From contig NC_068982.1 of NCBI RefSeq assembly GCF_001194135.2, forward strand, positions 62,289,376 through 62,353,261: DNA of 63,886 bases, read 5' to 3'. Origin of the DNA: Octopus bimaculoides. Taxonomy: Eukaryota. Under the pieces are notes generated by a model. It did no database searches, had not been told where the DNA came from, and worked only from the letters and a program-made list of their open reading frames with translations. The position numbers and the translations under genes are program-made. This document shows positions 39,758 to 51,052 of the stretch, piece by piece (position 1 is the first letter of the stretch; every line of letters starts with the position of its first letter).

Positions 39758-40720
39758 CAGGGGTTGGATAAACTAATGGAAACACCTTAAAATTTCAAAT
39801 AAATTTATTTCAATATGGGGTAGGACCACCTTTGGCAGTAATTACAGCTTGAATTCTATGAGGTATGGACTCGTACAAAGTTTGAATTGTTTCCAAAGGA
39901 ATTTTTGTCCATTCTTCAGCTGAAACAATCTCCAGTTCTTGTAGTGATGATGGTGGAGGATATTGACTCCTTATGTGTTTTTCTAAAATGCACCATAAAT
40001 GTTCAATAATATTGAGTTCTGGGGACTGTAGTGGCCAGATAAGATGTTCAACTTCACTAGAATGTTCCTCGTTCCATTCNNNNNNNNNNNNNNNNNNNNN
40101 NNNNNNNNNNNNNNNNNNNNNNNNNNNNNNNNNNNNNNNNNNNNNNNNNNNNNNNNNNNNNNGAAACAGTTCCACAGCCATAGGATGAATTTGATCTGAT
40201 AAAATGCTTAAATAGACTTGACTATTAATTCTGCCATGAAGGGAAACCATTGGGCCGGCGGATTTCCAAGATATAGTCCTCCAGAAGAAGGTAGTCTGGG
40301 GCAAATGCCTCTTTTGGCTGTCTCCACACGTACACTCGGCCGGTGGTCGGAAATAAGGTAATGATGACTTGTCCGAGAAAATAAAATTCTTTCACTGCTC
40401 TAGGAACCAATTCTGTAGGTTTTTACTCCACTCTAAATGCTTTGCAACGTTTGTTTCCGAAAGTAGTGGTTTTCTGGTTGCACCCATCTCGTGAAATCTG
40501 TCATTGTGCAGCTCTCGGCGAAAAGTTTTGGTGGAAACTGGGTTCTCGGGGTGGTCATAAAACTCATCAGTAATTTTGGGAGTTGGACTTTTGTGATTCT
40601 TTCTAACATAGCATCGCTGTTTCAACAACTTAGAAAGAGAAAAAACAAAATAGTACCAACAAACAAAACAAAGCCATTATTTAAAATGATCAGGATGGAG
40701 ATGGGTCTTATCTTAGTGTG
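39758..40720 (-). mobile_element. Tc1-like (DD34E-type) transposon, decayed, one TIR visible
   Basis: IFSD-like motif, GRVYVWR, WPLQSPELNIIEHLW, GGPTPY*; TIR caggggttggataaactaatggaaacacc next to (TA)n; second Asp falls in the gap. Confidence 0.92.
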
Positions 40721-41059
40721 AGTATAAGTATTTAATATATATATAAAAATTCAATTCACAACAATTATTGCCGGTTAAACATTGAAAATGTAAACCATTT
40801 TGTATAGGTATGATTTGAAAATAACAGCCAAATTTGAGAAAATAAAGATTAAATAAGAAAGTAAGAAACTCTTTAAGCAACAGACGATCATTAGCTAAAA
40901 AGCCAAATTATGCAGTTAATTCAGCTGTTAACATAGTACACTTTAAAGGATTTGGGCTGCATCTCGATCATATAACCTAGACATCCTTCTGCAGTCACAT
41001 TTTGTGCTGCAGTTGTGTTTTAAACAGCGCATTCATGTATGGCCAGGTGCCCTGAAGCA

Positions 41060-41620
41060 AAGTATGCTTGGATGTTATATTAGACACTAGTTGCAGATTG
41101 GGTAAGTTATGCCTTCTGAAGTTGGCTTTCGCTCCTCCTTGACAAGATCCAGATGGAACGCTTTTGAGCTGTTTCTGCTAATTTCTTTATGAATCTGGTC
41201 TCTTTTTCTAGAAATTGGGAGCCGTTTATAGAGATCATTTACAGATTTGCCCTCAAACTTTCTTGCACCCATCTCCGGAGCAAAGAGTTTAGCTTAGAAG
41301 TCAAATTCCCTCTAGTTAAATCTTCTCCAGTCAAATCTCCTCTGATAAAATCCCTTCTAGACAAATCCCCTCTGGTCAAAATTCCTTTATACCTCTCACT
41401 CATTTTGCATTCATAATGGCACAGTCAGTCTAATCAGGGCCACTTGCTTCGGTGAAGGTGAGTGGAGTACAATATCCGACCTCCTGGCACTCCTGTTAAT
41501 GATTTCTGGATGTTTTTGCTTTATTCTACAAGTCTGTAGAACACTTCCAACCATCCATTACATCCAGTAGACCCTGCTTCCATGATTCTGTCGACTCAGT
41601 TGTTTCAGGCCACAATTCGA
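41060..41620 (-). mobile_element. RLE-type LINE endonuclease/C-terminal fragment (HERO/NeSL-like), interrupted
   Basis: GLLDVMDGWKCSTDL, PEIINRSARRSDIVLHSPSPKQVALIRLTVP (cf. RPDIVL.S...KQV.LIELTVP), then AKLFAPEMGARKFEGKS (cf. EVGARGF.G.S). Confidence 0.7.
41299..41388. repeat. 15-bp minisatellite, 6 units (gtcaaatcccctctg-like)
   Basis: gtcaaattccctcta gttaaatcttctcca gtcaaatctcctctg ataaaatcccttcta gacaaatcccctctg gtcaaaattccttta. Confidence 0.9.
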
Positions 41621-42655
41621 AAGTAGCTAAAAAGCAGTGTATGATATACATATTGACAAGTCATCGTAGTGAAACTACCATATGAAACTAAATAATATAT
41701 AGATAATAATTAACGTACAGAAGCAAATCGAATATAGTAATGAACATAATAAATGTAGAGGTTAATGAAACAATACTCAAGAAAAAGGAAGTAGATGATT
41801 CTAGAGCCAATTCATTGTACAAGGATTCACTCATAAAGTAAATAACAGAGATAAAAAAAAAAGTTGCTTTATATATTTTAGACTTTTTTTTTACATTTCG
41901 CCTTCTGAGAGGAATTGTTTAGAATTAGAAGAGTCGACTGATTTTCGTTTTTACCTCCAGTATGTATAATTACTTGTTTCATTATATTTAATTACCTCTG
42001 ATGATTTTCTTGATTTATTTCACTACTTCTTTTATTTTCTCTGTCTACTTTTATTAACTTTCAGTTTTAGCTTCCTCCGATGAACTGTCATAAAATAGAA
42101 TTGTTTACATACATTTTCTATAGTATTACTTCATTAAGTAAATTAATTCCTACATTTATTCTGTTCATTATAATATTCCATTTACTTTCACTACAGCGAC
42201 AGCTAGGTATTATTTACTGACATAAAGCAGTTTTCTACGATGGCTTGTCAAAATATAAAAGATAATACACTGCATCTAATTGCTATCTATTCCAGCGTTT
42301 CTGGTGAAATCCTTACAGCTTTATTAACCTTTCGTGACACATTAAACAAATTACGAAACTGTCTATAAATGTTTTAGGCTGAGTTAAATTCATCAGATGC
42401 CACAGAGAAGCTTTTTGAAATTTTGTTTTCGTCAAGACCTCTAGATCAAATTCCTCTACTATTCTCTATTAAGAGGTCATTTCCCTTTACAAGGATCTGA
42501 TGCCAAGACTTCGAATATGCCGTACTAGTATAGAAAAGATACGAAGATAGAAACAAATATGCGCACAAAAAAGCTCTCGGAACCACTGTCGACCTCTCAC
42601 GGAATGCTTGGGTTTCGGGGAACTCCAATAGAGAAGCAATGATCCATAGTGTTAA

Positions 42656-42790
42656 TTATAGTCTTCCTTTTCTGTCGACATTACTCTTCTCAAAGACGAA
42701 ACCTTCATAAATAGCTTGTAGCCTTTCGTGGGTGTCAAACATCCTGCAGCCCTCCTTCATTAATAACCAATAACGGTATGTTGCTTCAGC
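42656..42790 (-). CDS. Probable terminal coding exon of an unidentified host gene (AEATYRYWLLMKEGCRMFDTHERLQAIYEGFVFEKSNVDRKGRL*)
   Basis: Strong pyrimidine-rich acceptor (minus strand ttcttcctgtatttctttgttgcag, AG at 42792-42791). Only the phase-0 frame is open, giving 44 codons to TAA at 42658-42656. Not repeat-like. A weaker internal donor GAAG|gtttcg at 42703 is an alternative. Confidence 0.6.
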   Translation of the reverse strand, partial: AEATYRYWLLMKEGCRMFDTHERLQAIYEGFVFEKSNVDRKGRL

Positions 42791-42871
42791 CTGCAACAAA
42801 GAAATACAGGAAGAAAGCGACTATAGAAGAGGAGTCACAAAGATGCGCAGTCTCAAAGACCTATTCAAATA

Positions 42872-43054
42872 ATGGTTTCAAATTTTGGTACAAGGCCAGA
42901 ATTACACCTCCCCTTGCGTACATCTAGTACTTATTTTATCGACCCCGAAAGGATGAAAGGTAAAATCTTCAGCGAAATTTGAACTCAGGACGACGAACGC
43001 ACTGCCGCTAAGCATTTTGCCCAGCATGCTAGCGATTCTGCCAGCTCGCCGCCT
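42872..43054 (-). mobile_element. SINE family C
   Basis: tacttattttatcgaccccgaaaggatgaaagg...gattctgccagctcgccgcct. Confidence 0.85.
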
Positions 43055-43692
43055 GAGCCTACATAAAATATTATCCCTCCTTTTACATTACTTTCGGTAC
43101 AACTCACATATTTTTAAAATAAGTTTTTGAGAGAATAGAGTATATTTTTGTTTAGTTTATACTTTTACATAGCAACAGCTGAATATTTACTGTTGTCGCT
43201 TAGGTGGAATATCTCCTTTCTATGATATATTTACACTTTCAACACATAAACAAGTGGACAGATGTGTAGACGCAACACAAGGCTATCAAACATCTATAAA
43301 TATAGATAATACCAGCATGATGATATAAAGTATAATTTTAAAATGTCATGCAAATCACAACTTCTCTTTTTTATTTCTTGGTTGGCCAGAATAAATATTT
43401 AGTTTATTTGCAGTGACAGTGGCAGCAGAGTGATAACCATGAGCGAAAAGACTGACGATCAAAGACGTTATAACCATCATGCCATTTATCGGTAATACTA
43501 GTAGATCAAGGGCAACGTTATCCAGTATTTCATTCGTTTCTTAAGGCAGTTTGAGGGGCTGCATAGAAGCTCCTAAGTTGGTTCGAGGTAATGGCCAGGC
43601 GGTGAGAGCGGCAGTGATATAGCAAAGGTAATGAGCCAACAAGTGAAACTTCAAATCATCATCATTATTATTATTACTATTATTATTACACA

Positions 43693-43790
43693 AAGCAACG
43701 TGCTGACAGAAACGTTAGCATGCCAGGCAAAATGCTTAGCGGTATTTCGTCCATCGTTACGTTCTGAGCTCAAATTTCGTCGAGGTCGAA
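43693..43790 (+). mobile_element. SINE family C head, following (ATT)n
   Basis: ctgacagaaacgttagcatgccaggcaaaatgcttagcggtatttcgt. Confidence 0.8.
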
Positions 43791-44233
43791 AGGGCTAAAG
43801 TCAGACACTTTCCTCTTTGGCCAAGGCCTCATCAACTTTTTCAAGTTCCACTTGAAAAGGAAGGTGAGGGTAGAGAGGGAAGAGTTATCTTCTAGCAAAT
43901 TTGTTGAAAGGTAGGTGAATATTGGAAAAATGGCCAGTATGGATGGACCAATTCTGAGATTACAACTGTAAAGAGAAGGTATAAAAGGAGAAAGAGCTCT
44001 TGCTCTGTTGACCAGGCACCCATGGCCTTTGTGGGTTTTTCTACGAGTAACCTCTAAAGCCCCTCCACTTATTGAGAGTTTTTACTTGTTACATTATTTT
44101 TTTTTGTTATCAGACGTTTACACGGACCTTTTTTATTTTTGCAAAACCCTTTGTATATTGTCTTGTGTTGTCTTTTAATTTTTTTGATTTATATTATCCC
44201 TTGTAGCCAATAAAAAGAATTATTATTATTATT
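43791..44233 (+). mobile_element. LINE 3' end (L1/Tx1-like) with 3' UTR, AATAAA and (ATT)n tail
   Basis: GQGLINFFKFHLKRKVRVERE...KFVER*V C-terminal-like frame; ccaataaaaagaattattattatt end. Confidence 0.5.
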
Positions 44234-44782
44234 GAGTGAGAGAGCGGTGCATGCCATCAAAGTGACACTGGTGTAAAATATACGAAGCCCAGTATACCCA
44301 TCATAACTACCCGTCTGATAAGGGTACACCAGGTACATGCATCATAACCATTTGTGCACGACATGGTGATCTTATATCAAGATAAACAGCGCATGACCTC
44401 GCAGGTGGGGTCCAGTTAGAATTTTCTTCAGGTCGAGTAGCCGTCCCACTCAAAAGGTCCCTGAATAAGGGTTGTTTAAGGATGTTCAACACCCATGTTT
44501 TGAAAGGTGAATTATCCAAACCTCAAAGAATTCCTCTCACCACATGGCTATGATTCTCCCCACACTACCCCTGCTCGTGATCAGAGATGTACATATAGTC
44601 AGCCACTAAGGGACATGTTAAACTGGTTAAGGTCAAACAACTCATAAGCAAATCTATGGTATTAAGCAGAATATTTGCTGTAGCCCATCTTTTATACCAA
44701 GACAAAAACGATGAACATGATAACACTTCCAATCAGTTAAGATCAGAAGCCATGAGAGCCACTGCCTGGTACTGCATCAGAG

Positions 44783-44787
<5 letters not shown>
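44234..44787. mobile_element. Unclassified 555-bp interspersed element (family E) flanked by (ATT)n
   Basis: Sharp boundaries within (ATT)n. A second 50-bp fragment (catgcatcacaaccatatgtgcgcgacatggtg) lies at 47521-47570. No ORF recognised. Confidence 0.7.
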
Positions 44788-44861
<74 letters not shown>

Positions 44862-44957
44862 GAGTTTACTGGCTCCCTATCGGTAAAAAAATACTATACT
44901 AGAAAATAAAATCTTCCTGAGCAATGCTTAACCAACTTAAGCACATATACACACAGA

Positions 44958-45011
<54 letters not shown>

Positions 45012-45142
45012 AGAGAGAAAGGGAAAGAGAGAGAGAAGGTTGGAGAAAGAGAAGGTTGGAGAAAGAAAGAAAGAAAGAAAGAAAGCTTAATGCAGATCAG
45101 TAAAGATTTACAGAGCAAATATTCAATATATAAATAACTTAC

Positions 45143-45211
45143 ATCTGAGACTTTGGAAAGTTTCTGTTTAGTTAACAACTTCATGAGTGAAACGAAATAA
45201 CTGTTATACAT
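45143..45211 (-). CDS. Probable 69-nt internal coding exon (MYNSYFVSLMKLLTKQKLSKVSD)
   Basis: Acceptor ttctttcttatatatgtag, consensus donor GAT|gtaagt, 23 open codons, phase 0 at both ends. Joins in frame to exon 42656-42790. Confidence 0.55.
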
Positions 45212-46349
45212 CTACATATATAAGAAAGAATCAGTTATTTAAGTGACTTCTGTCAGTTGGTTTATTGCATTCTATTAAATTTGTCAAAAGTTTGATGAAG
45301 GAAGAAAGACTCATTACTACATGGTATGACAGACAAACACGCGTGCTCTCTCTCTCGCGCACACACACACTCATATGTGTGTGCGTATATATGCATATTA
45401 CATAATATAACAAACCACTCCAGATCGTTATTAGAGAATCCACATAAGTGGAATCAAGACCAGTTACTTTGTACTGCCATCGAATCGTATGAGTTACAAT
45501 AATGAAGTCAAATTAAATAGCGATATTTTGAAGTCATTTAATATGTACGTTATTTTTGAAATGCTTTTACTGAAGAAGGATTACGTAATGGATGCATTTC
45601 CTATTATATATTATGCAAACCTGAAACGATGCCACTAGAAACAAGCCTGTTTGATTCCAATTATGCGAATACTTTGACAACGATTTGGAGTAGTTTGTTA
45701 TATTTCACCGGAGTCGAAAATTCCAGTACCCTACACTATTTCTTTGCGTAACACGAAATATATACATATCACACACACACACACACGAGCAATACCACAT
45801 TACAAAATGATTAATAACACCATACCTATGTAATTCTAATGCCATTTTAGTTTTCATAATGAGCTACTGACGAGAACTTTCTGACAACTCAGATTCTTAA
45901 ATATGAAATTCTTGTTTTTCTGTATCTTAAAATTGTATAGCTACATGAATAAAAAAATTACTATCCGTATTAACATCTAATCTCCTCCATTTACGTAAAT
46001 ATGAATGAATTTGTTGAACACTGTTAAATAAGTTAATTCATATACTTCATATTTCTGTATAAATTTTCATATCTACACAAATTTACACTAGTAAATTCAA
46101 AAGTAAAGTACGAGGAAACGTTAGAAATCTTTTGAAATTACTGAAATTAAAAGACGAAGACGCATTCAACCCCTTAAGTATATATATATATGTATATATA
46201 TATATAAACGTGTATATATATATATATATANNNNNNNNNNGTATGTGCGTGTGTATGTATGTATGTATGTATGTATGTATGTATGTATGTATGTATGTAT
46301 GTGTGTGTGTGTGTGTGTATATATGTATGTATGTGGAAAATTAAACAGG

Positions 46350-47400
46350 AATGGTGAAATGACAGAGCAAAAGGGGTGCAAGAAGCAGCTGATAGAAATG
46401 ATGCCAAGGGTTTGTACTCTGATGTTAAGGAGGTATATCTTCTTCAATACTCTTATGTTAAGGAAGTAAATCTTTTTCAATAGCGGCAGTGAGAACAGTA
46501 AATGGACCTTTGCTTTTGACTGACACCGCTTCTATTCCTTAAGCGCTGGGTAGAACATTTTTGTGCACCTTTGCATAGACTATCATCCGTTGACATGAGA
46601 ATGATAAAAAGAATCGTCATTTATTTAGCTGTGAATAAGCTGTATAACAATAAGTCTCCAGGGTCTGATGGAATCTGTGCATAGGTCCTGAAATATGGGG
46701 ATAACAAAATGTTTGAACTCTTAAATATATTCATTTGGAGAACCGAAGAAGTGCCTCAAAACTGGATTGATGTCATTTTAGTCTCCTTGTATAAATCGGG
46801 CCCAAAGTATCTGTGTAGAAATTCTTGTGGGATTTCGCTTTTGACATTTCAAATTGTTAGAACGATTCCACTAAAAATGCCTTCGCCGCAATTTAAATAT
46901 TAAATGGGGCGTTTTTACTCTAGACACAGATGCCTTTGTGTCTGCAGGCATCACATCAATTAAATCAATGATTCTGAAAAATCAAATGAGATTGTCTGGC
47001 TATATTGTTCGAATGGTGGATGAACGTACACCCCAAACAGCTGTTTTATGGCGAGCTTGTAGCGGGGAAACGCAATCGGTGTAAAACTAAAAAGAGGTTT
47101 AACGACGGCATAAGGACTACAATCACGTCACTTGGAATGAAATCAAAGGCCATAGAAACCCTTGCTTCGGATCGAGCTGGATGGCGAACGAAAGTGTGGA
47201 GTGGAGTGAAAGCGTTTGAGGAGGCCAGGATAACACATGCATGACTCAAGAGAGATTTAAAAAAGAGCGTTGCGATCGAGAAGGTGAATACCAGTGACCT
47301 TTTTGTGTGCACAGCTTGTGACAGACCATGCCTTTCTTCTGCTGGGCTCAAATCTCATTTGAGGACCCATGAAAAACGAACTTCCACCAACTATTCTACT
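46350..47400 (+). mobile_element. RTE-clade LINE, decayed, most of RT deleted
   Basis: KRWVEHF, NKSPGSDGI, VPQNWID.ILVSLYK, GISLL joined at about 46845 to LERFH, PKQLFYGEL, DRAGWR and C2H2 CTACDRPCLSSAGLKSHLRTH. Confidence 0.9.
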
Positions 47401-47566
47401 TGTATATATGTACACACTTTTTAATGCCGTGTATGCCATAAGGTTTGCAATTGTAACGGAGGTCTCAAAAGACATTTTAATATCCACAATATCAGAACCT
47501 AACTGTAGCTCTTAGTGGTCCACATGCATCACAACCATATGTGCGCGACATGGTGCTGATATCATA

Positions 47567-47618
<52 letters not shown>

Positions 47619-47629
47619 TGCGACCAACT

Positions 47630-47950
47630 TGAAGAATTTTCAGTCGAATGAATCGACTCTAGTATCTTTTTTAAAGCCTGGTACTTATTCCATCGGTCTG
47701 TTTTACCGAACCGCGAAGTTACGGGGGCGTAAACGCATCAACACCGGTTGTCAAGCAGTGATATGGGACGAACACAAATACAAAGACACCCTCACATACA
47801 TACATAAACACAACGGGCTTCTTTCAGTTTCCGTCTATCAAATCCACTCAGAATTCTTTGGTCGGCCTGAATCTATTGTAGAAGTGGGACTGAACCCAGA
47901 ACCATGTGGTTGGGAAGCAAGCTTCTTAGCACAATGCCACACCTGCGCCT
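47630..47950 (-). mobile_element. SINE family A, diverged, small internal deletion
   Basis: Aligns to family A but lacks the cttgcccaaggtgccacgc segment. Confidence 0.85.
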
Positions 47951-48636
47951 ATGTATATATACATATTTGTGTATGTATATAATACACAAATAATAAATGA
48001 GTATATGCATATATACGTACAGGTATGTTCATACCTACGTCTACCTGTATATGTAGGTTTGTAAAGAGTTTGTAATTTCGTCTACCTGTATATGTAGGTT
48101 TGCATATCTGGGTACAGAACATTGCAAACAAAACGTAGACAAGAAAATAATAATAACCAGAGCACAGAAAACACACAAGCCACATAAAGAACATTTTCCT
48201 TCATCAGCTACCCCCGTTTTAACACCGGCGCTTCGAAGAGTTATACACACACACACGTACACATTATATATATATATATATATTTTTTTCTCCGTGTTTT
48301 TCTCCTTGTCNNNNNNNNNNNNNNNNNNNNNNNNNNNNNNNNNNNNNNNNNNNNNNNNNNNNNNNNNNNNNNNNNNNNNNNNNNNNNNNNNNNNNNNNNN
48401 NNNNNNNNNNNNNNNNNNNNNNNNNNNNNNNNNNNNNNNNNNNNNNNNNNNNNNNNNNNNNNNNNNNNNNNNNNNNNNNNNNNNNNNNNNNNNNNNNNNN
48501 NNNNNNNNNNNNNNNNNNNNNNNNNNNNNNNNNNNNNNNNNNNNNNNNNNNNNNNNNNNNNNNNNNNNNNNNNNNNNNNNNNNNNNNNNNNNNNNNNNNN
48601 NNNNNNNNNNNNNNNNNNNNNNNNNNNNNNNNNNNN

Positions 48637-48681
<45 letters not shown>

Positions 48682-49816
48682 ATATATGTACGTATATTTA
48701 TACATATTTGTTGACATTTTTCATCAACCACATTTCACATACAAGTCTGACTCAAGGCTGCGATCGTTTTCTAATTGAAATCATTCTGTAAAGATGCTCT
48801 GAGTCAGCAGAAACGGTAGAAGCTTTGAACAGAATTCTACTCTCTGATTATTAGTATTTAAATTTCACTCTGTTCTGCATTCGAAAATCAAATTGTTCTG
48901 GGCCCGAGTTTGCTGTTTATCCCTCTGGACTTCGTAAATCTAGCATTAGTTTAGTGGAAATGGATTCAATAATCTATATTACAGCTGACACAATATTATA
49001 TTTTTCATTCTTCCATAGATTGTTAGAGTAGCTAGTGTCAGTAACAGACAGAGGGAGGTTAAAGGAGTGGAGGAGAGAGAAAACGAGAGAGAAGTGGGGA
49101 GCACCACACTCTATAAAAGTAAAAGTTGTCAGATAAATCACTTGTATTAGTTTGAACGAGAAACAGCAGCAGGTGATAAATTGTTTGATAGAGTAGAAAG
49201 TGAGACAGCTTGTCTAAATAGACAGTACTTGTTAATTTACTAATTTCATCACCCATGCGCAAGCAGACCTACACTCGTCAACATCAATAGCCGCTGTAAG
49301 GAAATGTCAAACGGGTCACGGGAGTGGGGAGAGAACTAGTATTCAGTAGCTGAATCAGCTACAAATAGTAGCCAAATCTCCCTCATTTTATTCTACTGTC
49401 TTCAAAGGAAAAAAAATATTATAAAAAAAAGAAAAAAAAAACGGAATTAAAGAAATGAAAATCATTCAATAAAGTAATTCTAATGAGCAAACCGTAAAGA
49501 ATCCAAATTATCGCAGTTTGAATGCTTTGGGCCATTGGTCTGTTTAATGATCTGATCTGGTGCTAAACAAGAACAAGAACAACATCGTTCAAACCTATGT
49601 ACATGTTCAATGTAATACATATTGAAACATAGAAACATTCTGAGTGTTGAGATAAACCCTTTCCGCACCAGTATGTAAAGAAAGAACATTTGTGCACAAG
49701 TTCTAAACGTGATTCGAAACATATACTACACAGGAAGGTAAGTGCACGCGCGAGCGTGTATGTGCATGAGCAATTGTAAGTGTGTGTGTATTTGTGTGTG
49801 TGCGTGTGTGTTTGTG

Positions 49817-49860
<44 letters not shown>

Positions 49861-49894
49861 TGCGTGTATGTGTGTTTGTATTTTCTTTGGAAAT

Positions 49895-49940
49895 TCCTGT
49901 TTCCGACGAAGAGCTTATGCTCGAAACGTTAACAACAACT
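49895..49940 (+). ncRNA. Degenerate hammerhead-like motif in a Penelope-type pLTR remnant
   Basis: CCGACGA A GAGC-TTAT-GCTC GAAA CGTTA, with the core U4 changed to C. Confidence 0.45.
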
Positions 49941-50291
49941 CTTTCCCTTCACCGAGCGTCTAATTAATATATTTGTTGTGCACGTCCTGACGTTCGTTTC
50001 TTTCTTTTTTCTCTGTTTAAACACACCAATCGATTTACACTTATTAGTACAAAANNNNNNNNNNNNNNNNNNNNNNNNNNNNNNNNNNNNNNNNNNNNNN
50101 NNNNNNNNNNNNNNNNNNNNNNNNNNNNNNNNNNNNNNNNNNNNNNNNNNNNNNNNNNNNNNNNNNNNNNNNNNNNNNNNNNNNNNNNNNNNNNNNNNNN
50201 NNNNNNNNNNNNNNNNNNNNNNNNNNNNNNNNNNNNNNNNNNNNNNNNNNNNNNATATATATATATATATATACTTGCGTGAGCTCATATC

Positions 50292-50545
50292 ATAGTAGTT
50301 AAGATGTTGCACTGACAATTGCGAGTTCGTGGTTTCAATTCCTAGACCAAAGTACTTCATCCTGCGTTGCTCTTTGATCACTACGACGCGTGGTACACCG
50401 AGCACCTGATCAGGCAAAGTAGATTTGATGGAGAGAGTGAAATAATCTACTGCACATACATTTGATCACTATAAACAAACCATTTGTACAGGTAGTACGG
50501 CAAAAACTGTGAACACGCATACGTAGTTTTCGACGGGAGAATCCG
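50292..50545 (+). mobile_element. tRNA-derived SINE, related head (family G-like)
   Basis: gtagttaagatgttgcactgac...ggtttcaattcctagacc...acttcatcctgcgttgctc shares motifs with 34885-35004. Confidence 0.55.
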
Positions 50546-50565
50546 TCATATATATATATATATAT

Positions 50566-50901
50566 AAAGTCGAACACACATACTAGATGTGTATGTGTTG
50601 TTAGTTCGTCGGGCGGATGTGTTTTTTAGGCGTAAGAGAATATAATGTCAATGTCCTTGGTGTAAAAACACCTGAAAGTAGATCATAGCCAAGTGAGACA
50701 ATTCACATCAGATCCCTTGTTTTAGGGGCGACAGACATCGATATTTCGTCATTGTTGTTACTTCTCAATGCCGCGTACCGTGAGGGCTTTTACACCGAGG
50801 GCATTGAGACTACATTCTCTTAGATTGCGCCTAAAAAAAAAAACGAAACGCTGCCGCCCGAACGAACAACACACACATCTCGTGAATGTGTGTTCGACTT
50901 T
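50566..50901. mobile_element. MITE with about 110-120-bp imperfect TIRs
   Basis: aaagtcgaacacacat... and ...atgtgtgttcgacttt; a related sequence lies at 53600-53750 on the minus strand. Confidence 0.8.
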
Positions 50902-50927
50902 GTTTATATAACTCGACCTGCTTCTAA

Positions 50928-50961
<34 letters not shown>

Positions 50962-51000
50962 TTATGGACCCTTCCGTCGAATATGACGTATGAGTGTTCT

Positions 51001-51052
51001 GTCATTACTGATGATATCTACAAAATAGGCGAAACTAGTCTTGTCTAGTGAT
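51001..51052 (+). ncRNA. Type I hammerhead-ribozyme-like motif (Penelope-type)
   Basis: GTCATTA CTGATGA T ATCTA-CAAAA-TAGGC GAAA CTAGTCTTGTC TAGTGAT: intact core, imperfect stem II, 6-7 bp stem I. Confidence 0.6.

Noticed and set aside
41310-41375. RGD integrin-binding motifs in the 15-mer array translation
   Set aside because: No start, splice context or signal peptide; they lie inside a dead LINE.
49250-49292. Minus-strand IDVDEC (EGF-like) after a good acceptor
   Set aside because: The following cysteine spacing is not EGF-like and the frame stops after about 20 codons.
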